DNA of 64,000 bases from assembly GCA_965248535.1 (NCBI GenBank), contig CBDFJR010000005.1:1728001-1792000 (forward strand), read 5' to 3'. The stretch is from Phormidesmis sp. GTDB lineage: Bacteria; Cyanobacteriota; Cyanobacteriia; Leptolyngbyales; Leptolyngbyaceae. Numbering within the stretch: position 1 is the first letter of the stretch; each line of letters starts with the position of its first letter. The position numbers and the translations under genes are program-made. The notes under the pieces were generated by a model that was not told the DNA's origin, did no database searches, and saw nothing but the letters and a program-made list of their open reading frames with translations. Shown one piece after another: positions 29,717 through 40,966 of this stretch.

Positions 29717-30958
29717 ATGAACACTAAATCTGCAAAGTCAATCCCCCATGAAGCAACATTTACGGCTGTCGAGTCTGATCTCTCTTCGCTAGATGCCCCA
29801 AAAGCTGAAGTTTCTGACCGGGAGGAACCCACCGCCGAAACTCAGAAATTAGCCCGTCTTTTAGCCACTGAGCTAGAAGCAGACCTTCAGATCAGCGGTC
29901 AAACGATTCAAGCTATCACGGCTCGCATTGCCACTGAAGTAGAGCGCATTTGTCTAAAAAGCGATCGGATTCAGACTTCGGGTGAAATTAGCTCTTGGCG
30001 GCTGACGCTGGCCCGCTATCGCTTGCAGAAATGTGTCAACTATTATCGTCTCAACTCTCAGCAAGGTCGCGTTGAGCTACACAGCATTCTCAGCGCCATG
30101 GTCTATCGCTCGATCGCGCCTGCTTATCTGCAATTGAGCTTTCAAGCTCGCTACAGCCTGATCGAAGACTTTCTGCAAGGCTTTTATACAGAGTCGCTCA
30201 GAGCCTTTCGACGCGAAAATAGACTGGCAGAAAACTATCAGCCCCGCACCCGACTGCAACTGGCTGAATATATGGCGTTTACAGAACAATATGCCAAGCG
30301 CCGCATCACCCTGCCGAGTCACCACAACCAGCAGTTGGTGATTTTGCGCGCTCAACGGTTTGCGACTCGCCAACCCCACGAAATCGCGGTGGATATTGAG
30401 ACAGCGATGGAATCGGCCAAAGGAGACGAAGCCGACACCTATGGGCGATCGCCGATTCTCAAAATGATTCGAGAGCAGATGGTTGCCGATAAACTTGATC
30501 CCTCAGAATCGGTGCTGCGCGATCGCGTCGTGGGTGAACTGATTCAATACCTCGAATCTCAAGGGCAGACCGATTGCGTCAACTATCTGACGCTAAAACT
30601 GCAAGACCTATCGGTGCCTGAGATTGATGAAATCCTGTCCATGTCTCCACGGCAGCGTGATTATCTCCAGCAACGATTTAAATATCACGTCGAAAAGTTT
30701 GCCATCTCTCAAAACTGGAAGCTCGTGCACGAGTGGTTAGGGGCTGATCTCGACCAAAATTTAGGAATGCCACCGCAGGAGTGGGACGCATTTTTGGGGC
30801 AACTTTCACCCGATCAACGGCTGCTGCTGACGCTCAAGCGATCGGCAGCCAGTGACCAAGAGATCAGTCAAACCCTCAAATGGACTGCAAAACAGCTACA
30901 AAAGCGCTGGGCAGCCCTCCTAGAAACGGCGCGTCAGGTGCGAAATCAGGCGAAGTAG
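29717..30958 (+). CDS. HetZ-related protein
   Basis: EVERIC.KS.RIQ, IEDFLQ.FY, LAEYMAFTEQYAKR, QRDYLQQRFKYH, HEWL.ADL. Confidence 0.75.
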   Translation: MNTKSAKSIPHEATFTAVESDLSSLDAPKAEVSDREEPTAETQKLARLLATELEADLQISGQTIQAITARIATEVERICLKSDRIQTSGEISSWRLTLARYRLQKCVNYYRLNSQQGRVELHSILSAMVYRSIAPAYLQLSFQARYSLIEDFLQGFYTESLRAFRRENRLAENYQPRTRLQLAEYMAFTEQYAKRRITLPSHHNQQLVILRAQRFATRQPHEIAVDIETAMESAKGDEADTYGRSPILKMIREQMVADKLDPSESVLRDRVVGELIQYLESQGQTDCVNYLTLKLQDLSVPEIDEILSMSPRQRDYLQQRFKYHVEKFAISQNWKLVHEWLGADLDQNLGMPPQEWDAFLGQLSPDQRLLLTLKRSAASDQEISQTLKWTAKQLQKRWAALLETARQVRNQAK

Positions 30959-31055
30959 CCACCCGTCTCAAACTCTGACGCTCAACCCAGACCGCACTTC
31001 TCAGCCTGTGTTAAATTGGGCATAATCTTGCAGTTCTTTCTTGCGGCTTAGGGGT

Positions 31056-32321
31056 ATGGCGATCACGAAAAGAGCGATTGTTTTGGGCGCAACGGCCGCC
31101 GCAGTCACGGCAGTTACCGTTACAGGGTTTGGAATCCAGCGATCGAAGGTTCAGGCATTTTTCCGTGAAAACCCCAAAGAGGTGATCGATGAAGTCTGGA
31201 ATATCATCGATCGCAGCTTTGTCGATGGCACCTTTCACCAAGTCGATTGGAAAGCGGTTCGCACTCAATATCTCAATCGCGATTACGCCAGCAAAAAAGA
31301 AGCCTACGACGCAATTCGCGAGATGCTCAAGAAACTGGGCGACCCCTACACCCGGTTTATGGACCCTGAAGAGTTTAAGAATATGCAGATCGACACCTCT
31401 GGAGAGCTAACAGGGGTGGGCATTCAGCTAGCAGCCGATGAGAAGACCAAAAAGCTGACGGTGATTTCGCCGATCGAGGGCAGCCCGGCTGCAACGGCGG
31501 GCATTATCGCCAAAGACATCATCACTCAGATCGACAGTAAAAGCACCGAAGGCATGGATGTCAACAAAGCGGTGACGCTAATTCGCGGCCCGGTTGGCTC
31601 TGAGGTGCAGCTAACGGTGATGCGAAATAATCAGGCGTTTAACTACACCCTTAAGCGCGCCAAAATCGAGATTCATCCCGTCCGCTACAGTGACAAAAAG
31701 ACTCCGACGGGCAACGTTGGCTATATTCGACTCGTGCAATTTAGCGCCAACGCCGCTCCTGAAATGCGAGATGCGATTCAGAATCTAGAAAAGCAGCAGG
31801 TGACAGGCTATGTCTTAGATCTGCGATCGAACCCCGGTGGCTTGCTCTATGCCAGTGTAGACATTGCCCGGATGTGGATTCAAGACGGCGGCATTGTCTC
31901 GACCGTCAATCGCCAGGGTGAGTCCGATCGGGAAGATGCCAATCGTCGCGCTCTGACCGACAAGCCTCTAGTCGTCTTGGTAGATGGCGGCTCGGCGAGT
32001 GCCAGCGAGATTCTGTCAGGGGCGCTGCAAGACAATAATCGCGGCACGATCGTCGGCACTAAGACCTTTGGCAAGGGGCTGGTGCAGTCCGTTCGCGGGC
32101 TGGGTGATGGCTCAGGGCTGGCAGTGACGATCGCCAAATATCTTACGCCCAAAGGTCGGGACATTAACAAGCATGGCATCGATCCGGATGTGGTGATCGA
32201 GTTGAGCGATCAGCAGCGCCAAGCACTGGGGCGCGATCGCGACAAGATCGGCACGCCCGAAGATCCGCAGTTTGCCAGGGCACTTCAAGTGCTAACCCAG
32301 CAAGCCTCTACTAAAAAATAG
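31056..32321 (+). CDS. ctpC: Carboxyl-terminal processing protease (S41A), CtpC-like
   Basis: DPYTRF, PDZ domain, DLRSNPGG, SASASEI, TFGKG. The MAITKR N-terminus suggests the CtpC subtype (subtype less certain than family). Confidence 0.8.
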   Translation: MAITKRAIVLGATAAAVTAVTVTGFGIQRSKVQAFFRENPKEVIDEVWNIIDRSFVDGTFHQVDWKAVRTQYLNRDYASKKEAYDAIREMLKKLGDPYTRFMDPEEFKNMQIDTSGELTGVGIQLAADEKTKKLTVISPIEGSPAATAGIIAKDIITQIDSKSTEGMDVNKAVTLIRGPVGSEVQLTVMRNNQAFNYTLKRAKIEIHPVRYSDKKTPTGNVGYIRLVQFSANAAPEMRDAIQNLEKQQVTGYVLDLRSNPGGLLYASVDIARMWIQDGGIVSTVNRQGESDREDANRRALTDKPLVVLVDGGSASASEILSGALQDNNRGTIVGTKTFGKGLVQSVRGLGDGSGLAVTIAKYLTPKGRDINKHGIDPDVVIELSDQQRQALGRDRDKIGTPEDPQFARALQVLTQQASTKK

Positions 32322-32328
32322 CCCTCGT

Positions 32329-32517
32329 TCAGACAGGCTTGCACTTGCCGGAGCGAATTAAACCGACCCGACGAGCCACCGCCTCACTCTGTGACTTAAA
32401 AGGCCCCCACTGCTCCCGCTGAGGTAGCGCTTCGTCGATCATGACCTGATCGACGGGCACAATTTTGCAGGAGCCGTTTTCTTGTCTGACCACATACCAA
32501 GCATCTGAATTGTTCAT
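32329..32517 (-). CDS. Conserved small cyanobacterial protein
   Basis: WYVV...G.C.I...WGPF.S..EA.ARRVGLIR.GKC.P; 62 aa. Confidence 0.75.
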   Translation of the reverse strand: MNNSDAWYVVRQENGSCKIVPVDQVMIDEALPQREQWGPFKSQSEAVARRVGLIRSGKCKPV

Positions 32518-32803
32518 GGGGTTAGCAGGGGTTTAACCATGGGTTGGCAACGCTCTAGAGACGGCGAGTTTGATACTTGCCTTTGAGTTTTGGGCAACCT
32601 TGAACTGTTGAGGGGTCTAGCTGATCATGAAGCTGTAAGCCTGTCCTGAGGCATTCCACTCCATCAAAGCCCCACTCTAATTCTAGTTGCGTCTTCCCCC
32701 CGTGAATCTTCTAGATGTTTTTATCTCACTCAGGCTATGACATCTGCCCCAACTCAGACCCCGCCGATACTATTTAGTTAGGGCTTTTTTAGCCACGTAG
32801 GAT

Positions 32804-34195
32804 ATGACACCAGAAACACAGCGTCCGTCTATTGCGCCACCTCCCGTGCCTCGTGTTCCACCTGCGCCACCCCCACTGATGCGGGTTTCTTCTGCTAGCA
32901 CCGCGATCGAGGCGACTGACCCCACGATCGCCACCGTGGGAGAGGACTCTATGCAAACCATGGCAATGCCGATTTCACCTATCCCCAGTGCTGCCTTGCC
33001 TGCTGCTAATGCTGCCTTACCCACCTCCGGGGCTTTAAGTCGAGCAGTGCCGCCGACATCGCCACTGGCAGGGCATCGCCCCACCGCTCCTCCCACAGTG
33101 CCCACCACGGCGGCTCGTCCTGCCAATAGTTCGGGGTCTCCCACCCTAGCGCAACTCATTCGCAATGCTTACGATAAGGGATTTTCAGACGTTCACGTTG
33201 GGGTGGGGGAGGTGCCCCGCTATCGAAATCGGGGTGAGATGGATGCGACGGACTGGCCCGTGACCGATCGCGAAACCTTCTTTAGCTGGCTGAGAGAGGT
33301 CTTAACAGAGGCTGATATTGAAAAGTTTGAGACCACGCTAGACTTTGACGGCGCGACTCAATATGAGTTTGCGCGAGTTCGGATTAATATTTTTGACTCG
33401 CTGCACGGCCCGGCGATGGTCATGCGTCTGATTCCGTTGACTATTTTGACGATGGAGCAGTTAAACCTGCCTCCGGTGCTCAGAGATATCTGTCACTATC
33501 ACAAAGGTTTGGTGCTGGTGACGGGGCCAACGGGGTCGGGTAAGTCCACCACGATGGCGGCGATGATTGACTACATCAATAAGGAGATGCCGAAGCACAT
33601 CATCACTATTGAAGACCCGATCGAGTTTGTCCACAAAAGCCGAAAAGCGCTGATCAAACACCGAGAAGTCGGCATTCACACCCACAAGTTTGACAATGCG
33701 CTGAAAGCGGCTCTGCGGGAAGACCCCGATCTGATTTTAGTGGGCGAAATGCGGGATAAAGAGACCGTCAACACGGCGCTGAAAGCTGCCCAAACGGGTC
33801 ACTTAGTGATGGGAACGCTGCACACTAACAGCGCGGTGAAAACGATCGAGCGGATTCTTAGCTTATACAACCCCAACGAGCAAGAGCCAATGCGGGTTTC
33901 GCTCGCAGAGTCTCTAGTAGGGGTAGTCGCTCAGGGGCTGTGCCGCACAACCGACGGCAAAAGGGCCGCGTTTCATGACATCTTGATCAACACCGACGCG
34001 ATTAGAGACTACATTCGCAAGGGTGAAATCGATGAAATTGAGGCGATTCTTCCCAAATGCACCTTTGACGGAATGTGCACAATGAATCAGTCTCTCTATA
34101 AACTCTATCAAGATGGACGAATTACTGAAGAAGTCGCGCTGGAGATGGCACCCAAGGTAAATGAGATGGCGCAAATGCTGCGAGGGCGAGTGTAG
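32804..34195 (+). CDS. pilT: Type IV pilus retraction ATPase PilT2 (Pro-rich N-terminus)
   Basis: GPTGSGKSTT, TIEDPIE, ALREDPD.ILVGEMRD, TGHLV.GTLHT. Confidence 0.93.
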   Translation: MTPETQRPSIAPPPVPRVPPAPPPLMRVSSASTAIEATDPTIATVGEDSMQTMAMPISPIPSAALPAANAALPTSGALSRAVPPTSPLAGHRPTAPPTVPTTAARPANSSGSPTLAQLIRNAYDKGFSDVHVGVGEVPRYRNRGEMDATDWPVTDRETFFSWLREVLTEADIEKFETTLDFDGATQYEFARVRINIFDSLHGPAMVMRLIPLTILTMEQLNLPPVLRDICHYHKGLVLVTGPTGSGKSTTMAAMIDYINKEMPKHIITIEDPIEFVHKSRKALIKHREVGIHTHKFDNALKAALREDPDLILVGEMRDKETVNTALKAAQTGHLVMGTLHTNSAVKTIERILSLYNPNEQEPMRVSLAESLVGVVAQGLCRTTDGKRAAFHDILINTDAIRDYIRKGEIDEIEAILPKCTFDGMCTMNQSLYKLYQDGRITEEVALEMAPKVNEMAQMLRGRV

Positions 34196-34223
34196 GTTCG
34201 CTTTCTTAATCTCTAAACGATCC

Positions 34224-34259
34224 AAAAAAAGGGAGAGACTCATCAGTCCTCCCTTTTTT
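34224..34259. terminator. Bidirectional intrinsic terminator between pilT and atpC
   Basis: A7-GGGAG...CTCCC-T6. Confidence 0.75.
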
Positions 34260-34280
34260 CTGTCAATCAAGCGAGAGTGA

Positions 34281-34691
34281 TTAGACACCACCTGCCGCTT
34301 GAAGACGCGCCCGCGCCCGCTTCAGCGCTTGGGTTGCTTGAATTTGTTCTTGCTTGTTGGTGCTTTGCTGAAGCTGACCGTAGCGAGATTCTGCCTCGGT
34401 GTAAGCCGCCCGCGCTGCATCTCGATCGATGCTGTCTCCGCGTTCTGCCCCGTTGACTAGAACCGTCACTTCGTTGTTTTCGACTTCGGCAAAGCCGCCC
34501 ATGAGAGCGATCGGCACCCAAGTTTTATCGGTCGAGCGAACGCGCATCACGCCTGTCTCTAGAGCCGTGAGCAACGGCGCGTGACCACTCAAAATCCCTA
34601 ATTGCCCTGTTGTGCTGGGAAGAATGACTTCCTCAGCGCTAGAATCCCAGACGGTTTTGTCTGGTGCAATCACACGAACGGTTAAAACCAT
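34281..34691 (-). CDS. atpC: ATP synthase epsilon subunit
   Basis: [24 protein letters not shown]. Lies downstream of beta. Confidence 0.97.
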   Translation of the reverse strand: MVLTVRVIAPDKTVWDSSAEEVILPSTTGQLGILSGHAPLLTALETGVMRVRSTDKTWVPIALMGGFAEVENNEVTVLVNGAERGDSIDRDAARAAYTEAESRYGQLQQSTNKQEQIQATQALKRARARLQAAGGV

Positions 34692-34763
34692 AGTTTCCTC
34701 CTAAATAAAAGCAGTCAGAAGTAGTGTAGGTTGAGCCGTCAAGACCCAACCCTCACCCGGTTT

Positions 34764-36230
<1,467 letters not shown>

Positions 36231-36438
36231 CTAGTGTGTGGTTCAGCTATTCAAACAAATCAAAAACAAAACTTTGCGTGTTATCCGCCATTTGTCAGCT
36301 TATCACCGAGGGGTTACAGATGATTAAGCAGATTTTAGGTTGGAATTTGACGCAAATTTTCTAGCTCTTTTTCCAATCAAAAGCTCCCCATGTTAACGAG
36401 GAGCTTTGTTTGAGTTGGTTACTCAGGCTGTTCAGAGT

Positions 36439-36963
36439 CTAGTAAGCGTCTTGAAGCTCAAAGAAGTCTTGAGCGATATAGTCTTTGCGAAGCGGGTAGC
36501 CGACCCAATCGGCAGGCATTAAGAGCCTCTTGAGGCTAGGATGCCCCTCATAGATGATGCCGTACATATCAAACGATTCGCGTTCTTGCCAGTCTACGGC
36601 TTTCCAGATCCAATAAACCGAGGGCACGATCGGGTTTTCGCGGGGCAAAAAGACTTTGAGCCGCACTTCATCGGGGCGATCGGCGCTGTCACTCAATTTC
36701 ACCAAGTGATAGAAGCTGACCAACTCCTGACCGGGGCCGGAATCGTAGGCTCCTTGGCACTGAAGGTAGTTAAACCCGTAGGCTGCCAGAGCCGTCGAAA
36801 AGGGGATCAGCAGTTCTGCATCGACCTTGATCATCTCGGTGCCGCTGGCATCTAGTCCGAGAAATTCGTGCTCAAAGCCGTTTTGAGTCAGCCATTTAGA
36901 GGTTTTGCCTGCTTCGACGATCGGGGCCGTCTCTAGGGCGATCGGTTGGGTTTCTTCAGCCAC
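36439..36963 (-). CDS. ndhJ: NDH-1 subunit J
   Basis: [12 protein letters not shown]...[14 protein letters not shown]. Confidence 0.95.
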   Translation of the reverse strand: MAEETQPIALETAPIVEAGKTSKWLTQNGFEHEFLGLDASGTEMIKVDAELLIPFSTALAAYGFNYLQCQGAYDSGPGQELVSFYHLVKLSDSADRPDEVRLKVFLPRENPIVPSVYWIWKAVDWQERESFDMYGIIYEGHPSLKRLLMPADWVGYPLRKDYIAQDFFELQDAY

Positions 36964-37693
36964 GATCGAGACCCTCCTTTTCGGTTGCTTTGAGGGCAGG
37001 CGCGATCGGAAGACCCATCGCTTCTCTTAACTCGGCGGCCGGGGTTTGGCGATCGGCAAGCTGCATATATTTGCCGTCGTGAATTTCGGCTACCGCTTTC
37101 ATGCTGTGAGTGGTGCTGTAGTAGCGGTGCGTTTGGCGGAGAGCACCCCGCTCTTGAATCGACTCGTTAGAGATTTTCTTTCTCAGTTTGATGATGGCAT
37201 CAACGATCGCTTCGGGGCGCGGCGGGCAACCAGGGAGATAGACATCCACCGGGATCAGCTTATCTACCCCGCGAACTGCGGTTGGCGAATCGACGCTAAA
37301 CATCCCACCTGTAATCGTGCAGGCTCCCATCGCAATCACATACTTCGGCTCTGGCATCTGTTCATAAAGCCGAACCAAGGCGGGAGCCATCTTCATGGTG
37401 ATCGTGCCTGCGGTGATGATTAAATCTGCTTGACGAGGCGACGATCGGGGCACTAGCCCAAAGCGATCGAAGTCAAACCGCGAGCCAATCAGCGCTGCAA
37501 ACTCAATAAAGCAGCAGGCCGTCCCAAACAGCAGGGGCCACAGACTAGAGAGCTTGGCCCAGTTATAGAGATCATCAACACTAGTCAGAACCACATTTTC
37601 AGATAGTTCTTGAGTGATAGTGGGCCGAGCGATCGGGTTCATCAACCCCTCAGCCGAGCCGCTTTTTGCAGTGAGTTCTGAGTTCATGACCAT
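36956..37693 (-). CDS. ndhK: NDH-1 subunit K
   Basis: [26 protein letters not shown]. Confidence 0.96.
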   Translation of the reverse strand: MVMNSELTAKSGSAEGLMNPIARPTITQELSENVVLTSVDDLYNWAKLSSLWPLLFGTACCFIEFAALIGSRFDFDRFGLVPRSSPRQADLIITAGTITMKMAPALVRLYEQMPEPKYVIAMGACTITGGMFSVDSPTAVRGVDKLIPVDVYLPGCPPRPEAIVDAIIKLRKKISNESIQERGALRQTHRYYSTTHSMKAVAEIHDGKYMQLADRQTPAAELREAMGLPIAPALKATEKEGLDRG

Positions 37694-38046
37694 TCCAACG
37701 CTCCTTTGCGCCAGGCGTAGACCAAACCGACAATAAGAATTCCAATAAAAATCAGGGCTTCGATGAAGGCTAATAGCCCCAAGCGACTAAAGGCGACTGC
37801 CCAGGGGTAGAGAAAGACCGTTTCAACGTCAAAGATCACAAAGACCAGCGCAAACATATAGTAGCGAATGTTGAACTGAATCCAAGCGCCGCCGATCGGC
37901 TCCATGCCTGACTCATAGGTAGTGCGGCGCTCAGGGCCGCGACGACTCGGACGAACCAGCTTAGAAGCCGTCAATGCCAAGACGGGCACCAGACTACAGA
38001 TGAGTAGGAAGCCCAGAAAATATTCGTAGCCAGTCAGAACAAACAC
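37684..38046 (-). CDS. ndhC: NDH-1 subunit C
   Basis: GTG start at 38046 (FVLTGYEY), [28 protein letters not shown]. Confidence 0.96.
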   Translation of the reverse strand: MFVLTGYEYFLGFLLICSLVPVLALTASKLVRPSRRGPERRTTYESGMEPIGGAWIQFNIRYYMFALVFVIFDVETVFLYPWAVAFSRLGLLAFIEALIFIGILIVGLVYAWRKGALEWS

Positions 38047-38324
38047 AGTGATAGTCGCCTCTCGTAAGGGAAATGAAAATGCTTGTGTTACTTCTTCTTC
38101 ACACTCCACATTATAAGTGGGCGTGACCGTCTGGCGTGTATTGAAACTGTCACAAGGCTAGAAATCTGCCTCCTGTTCCATCAATAATTTTCTATGAAGC
38201 GTTCATTAAACCCAAAAATCCGATCGGCTCAAAAATGGATCTTAAAAAGGGGAGGTCATAATGTCATAATAATTAACGGAGATTTTAAGATTGGCAGTCT
38301 AGTCCATTACCCTCTCCTAAAGCT

Positions 38325-38660
38325 ATGAGCACCGAACTTATCGATCCAAAATCACTCGATCGTCATGAGTGTGCCGCCTGCGGCTATGTCTATGAGCCTC
38401 TTAAAGGAGACGATCGGCGAAGTATTGCAGCGGGCACTCCGTTTGAGGAGTTGCCGACTAGCTGGCGCTGCCCGGTTTGCGGGGCCCCAACCTCCCGGTT
38501 TCAAAACGTCGGCCCGCTCAATAGCCCGTCTGGGTTTAAAGAAAATTTGGGGTATGGCCTAGGGGTCAACACCCTAACGCCAGGGCAGAAAAATCTGCTC
38601 ATTTTTGGTGGATTGATTCTGGTCTTCTTATTATTCCTCAGCCTCTATGGGTTGCAGTAG
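38325..38660 (+). CDS. rubA: Membrane-anchored rubredoxin RubA
   Basis: CAACGYVY, W.CPVCG, C-terminal TM helix. Upstream of ycf48. Confidence 0.93.
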   Translation: MSTELIDPKSLDRHECAACGYVYEPLKGDDRRSIAAGTPFEELPTSWRCPVCGAPTSRFQNVGPLNSPSGFKENLGYGLGVNTLTPGQKNLLIFGGLILVFLLFLSLYGLQ

Positions 38661-38711
38661 TTGAGACCCTCGCTCCAGAAAACGTAAATTGTGTACCAGA
38701 GATTAGAAGCG

Positions 38712-39719
38712 ATGCAGTGGATTATGAGAGCCTGGAAACAACTTGTCATATTATTGGCGATCGCAGTGCTAACGACTAGCTGCAAGGCTTTCTTGCCAAG
38801 CGTGATTAACAACCCCTGGGAAATCATTTCCCTCCCAGTTGAAGAAAATCTTTTAGATGTCAGTTTTACAGGCGACAAAACCCACGGATGGCTGGTGGGA
38901 ACCAATTCATCCCTTTTAGAAACCAACGACGCTGGAAAAACCTGGGAGCCGCGCAAGCTCGATCTCGGCGAACAGAATTATCGGTTGAGTTCTGTCAGCT
39001 TTTCAGGTCAAGAAGGCTGGATTACGGGGCAGCCCTCGCTGTTGCTGCACACCACCGACAGCGGCAAATCGTGGGCGCAGATTCCTCTGAGTGAGAAGCT
39101 ACCGGGTGCCCCTAGCACCGTTGTGGCGATGGGCGCAAACGCCGCCGAGATGACCACCGATTTAGGAGCCATCTATCAGACTGCCGATGGTGGCCGCAAC
39201 TGGAAGGCCATGGTCGCTGAAGCGTTTGGCGTAGTTAGAAGTCTCGATCGGGCAGCCGATGGCAAATATGTCGCCGTCTCGTCAAGAGGAAACTTCTTCT
39301 CAGTTTGGGAACCGGGCGATCAGGCTTGGCACCCCTACAACCGCAATAGCTCTCGCCGCGTGCAGAGCATGGGCTTTACCAAAGATGGTCGCCTGTGGAT
39401 GCTAGCGCGGGGCGGGCAGGTGCAGTTTACCAACTCGGCCGACCCAGAAGACTGGCAAGAGGTGCAAAACCCCGAATTTGCAACCAGTTGGGGGCTACTC
39501 GATCTGGCTTATCGCACACCCGATGAGCTTTGGGTGGTCGGCGGCAGCGGCAACCTGCTGGGCAGTTTTGACGGGGGCAAAACCTGGCAAAAAGACAAAG
39601 ATGTAGAAAACGTTCCGGCTAACCTTTATCGGATTGTGTTTCTCAGCCCTGAGCAAGGTTTTATCATCGGTCAGCGCGGCACACTGCTGAGATATCAAGC
39701 TAGCACTCAAGCGGCCTGA
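38712..39719 (+). CDS. ycf48: PSII assembly factor Ycf48
   Basis: Lipobox TSC, BNR repeats (T.D.GKTW), VSSRGNF, NRNSSRRVQ.MG; conserved synteny. Confidence 0.95.
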   Translation: MQWIMRAWKQLVILLAIAVLTTSCKAFLPSVINNPWEIISLPVEENLLDVSFTGDKTHGWLVGTNSSLLETNDAGKTWEPRKLDLGEQNYRLSSVSFSGQEGWITGQPSLLLHTTDSGKSWAQIPLSEKLPGAPSTVVAMGANAAEMTTDLGAIYQTADGGRNWKAMVAEAFGVVRSLDRAADGKYVAVSSRGNFFSVWEPGDQAWHPYNRNSSRRVQSMGFTKDGRLWMLARGGQVQFTNSADPEDWQEVQNPEFATSWGLLDLAYRTPDELWVVGGSGNLLGSFDGGKTWQKDKDVENVPANLYRIVFLSPEQGFIIGQRGTLLRYQASTQAA

Positions 39720-39883
39720 TCCCCACCAGAATTTGTAGCCCCTTGGTGAAGCTTTTTAACGCTTTGTTTTAGAGAAAATCAGAGGCTACAAATTGCAAAT
39801 TCAAACGGGTTGCTTGTGGGGATTTCTATCGTCCCTTATGATATTTATAAAGGCTTTTGATTGTTGTTAGTGGAGGAATCTAA

Positions 39884-40144
39884 ATGGCTGGTACTACTGG
39901 AGAGCGTCCGTTTGGTGACATTGTTACAAGTATTCGCTATTGGGTGATTCATAGCATCACCATTCCCGCTTTGTTTGTGGCAGGTTGGTTGTTTGTCAGC
40001 ACGGGCTTGGCCTATGACGTGTTTGGCACGCCTCGCCCCAACGAATATTTCCCCGCCGCTCGGCCAGAAGTGCCGATCGTCAACAAGCGCTTTGAAGCAA
40101 AGCAGCAAGTTGATCAGTTCATTGGCAAAGAAGTCAAGAAATAG
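39884..40144 (+). CDS. psbE: Cytochrome b559 alpha subunit
   Basis: [23 protein letters not shown]. Confidence 0.98.
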   Translation: MAGTTGERPFGDIVTSIRYWVIHSITIPALFVAGWLFVSTGLAYDVFGTPRPNEYFPAARPEVPIVNKRFEAKQQVDQFIGKEVKK

Positions 40145-40170
40145 TTTTTCACTTAATTGATTCAAACACT

Positions 40171-40305
40171 ATGACTAGCAATTCTCCCAATCAGCCTGTG
40201 GTCTATCCCATTTTTACCGTGAGATGGATAGCCGTTCACACGTTAGCTGTGCCCTCCGTTTTCTTTTTGGGGGCGATCGCGTCTATGCAGTTTATTCAAC
40301 GATAG
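40171..40305 (+). CDS. psbF: Cytochrome b559 beta subunit
   Basis: Hand translation: [44 protein letters not shown]. Confidence 0.97.
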   Translation: MTSNSPNQPVVYPIFTVRWIAVHTLAVPSVFFLGAIASMQFIQR

Positions 40306-40314
40306 GTAAAAGCA

Positions 40315-40437
40315 ATGGCCGTCAATTCTCCAAACCCCAACAAACAGCCTGTTGAGCTAAATAGAACATCCCTCTATTTAGGCTTATTGGCCATCTTTTC
40401 ACTGGGCATTCTTTTCTCTAGCTATTTCTTCAATTAA
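40315..40437 (+). CDS. psbL: PSII subunit L
   Basis: Hand translation: [40 protein letters not shown]. Confidence 0.97.
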   Translation: MAVNSPNPNKQPVELNRTSLYLGLLAIFSLGILFSSYFFN

Positions 40438-40507
40438 TCAAACAATCTAGCCAGTCAAATTTGTCTAGAGTCGATTATAAACCGCTTGCTTGTTAGGAGG
40501 TAAAACT

Positions 40508-40627
40508 GTGGGTACTGGTGGAAGAATTCCCCTTTGGATTGTCGCAACTGTGGCAGGAACCGGGGTTATAGGTATTTTGGGTCTCTTCTTCTATGGCGCT
40601 TATGCAGGGTTAGGCTCCTCAATGTAG
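40508..40627 (+). CDS. psbJ: PSII subunit J
   Basis: AGGAGG RBS and GTG start. [35 protein letters not shown]. Confidence 0.97.
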   Translation: MGTGGRIPLWIVATVAGTGVIGILGLFFYGAYAGLGSSM

Positions 40628-40662
40628 GATGACCTGGGTTTAGTTTAAGCAATCTGTTTAAT

Positions 40663-40707
40663 AAAAAGAAAGCCGCCTAACCTTCAACGTTAAGCGGCTT
40701 TTTGTTT
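40663..40707. terminator. Bidirectional terminator between psbJ and psaI
   Basis: AAAGCCGC...GCGGCTTT flanked by A and T runs. Confidence 0.7.
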
Positions 40708-40721
40708 GAATGGAATCTGGC

Positions 40722-40850
40722 TTAGATGCCGCTGGGATCTTCGCGCTCAATGTATAAGAACAGCAAGCCCATGACGACGATCGGCAAGAGCCAGGTAACA
40801 ACGGGGATCAGAATCCAGGGCAGATATGATGCTGCGTATGAACCTGTCAT
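40722..40850 (-). CDS. psaI: Photosystem I subunit VIII
   Basis: Hand translation: [42 protein letters not shown]. Confidence 0.95.
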   Translation of the reverse strand: MTGSYAASYLPWILIPVVTWLLPIVVMGLLFLYIEREDPSGI

Positions 40851-40966
40851 AAAATGTTTTCCTACTAGTTGTTAGATGAGTCCATCTTTGAAGTTACCTG
40901 CGAAGGGTGCCTTAAATCTGGGGTTCTTAAGATTCTTAACACAGTCGGGCAACGCTTAGGGGGGGA

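Noticed and set aside
32329..32517. Transposase label sometimes given to this small family
   Set aside because: Only 62 aa, with no DDE triad, terminal inverted repeats or target-site duplication.
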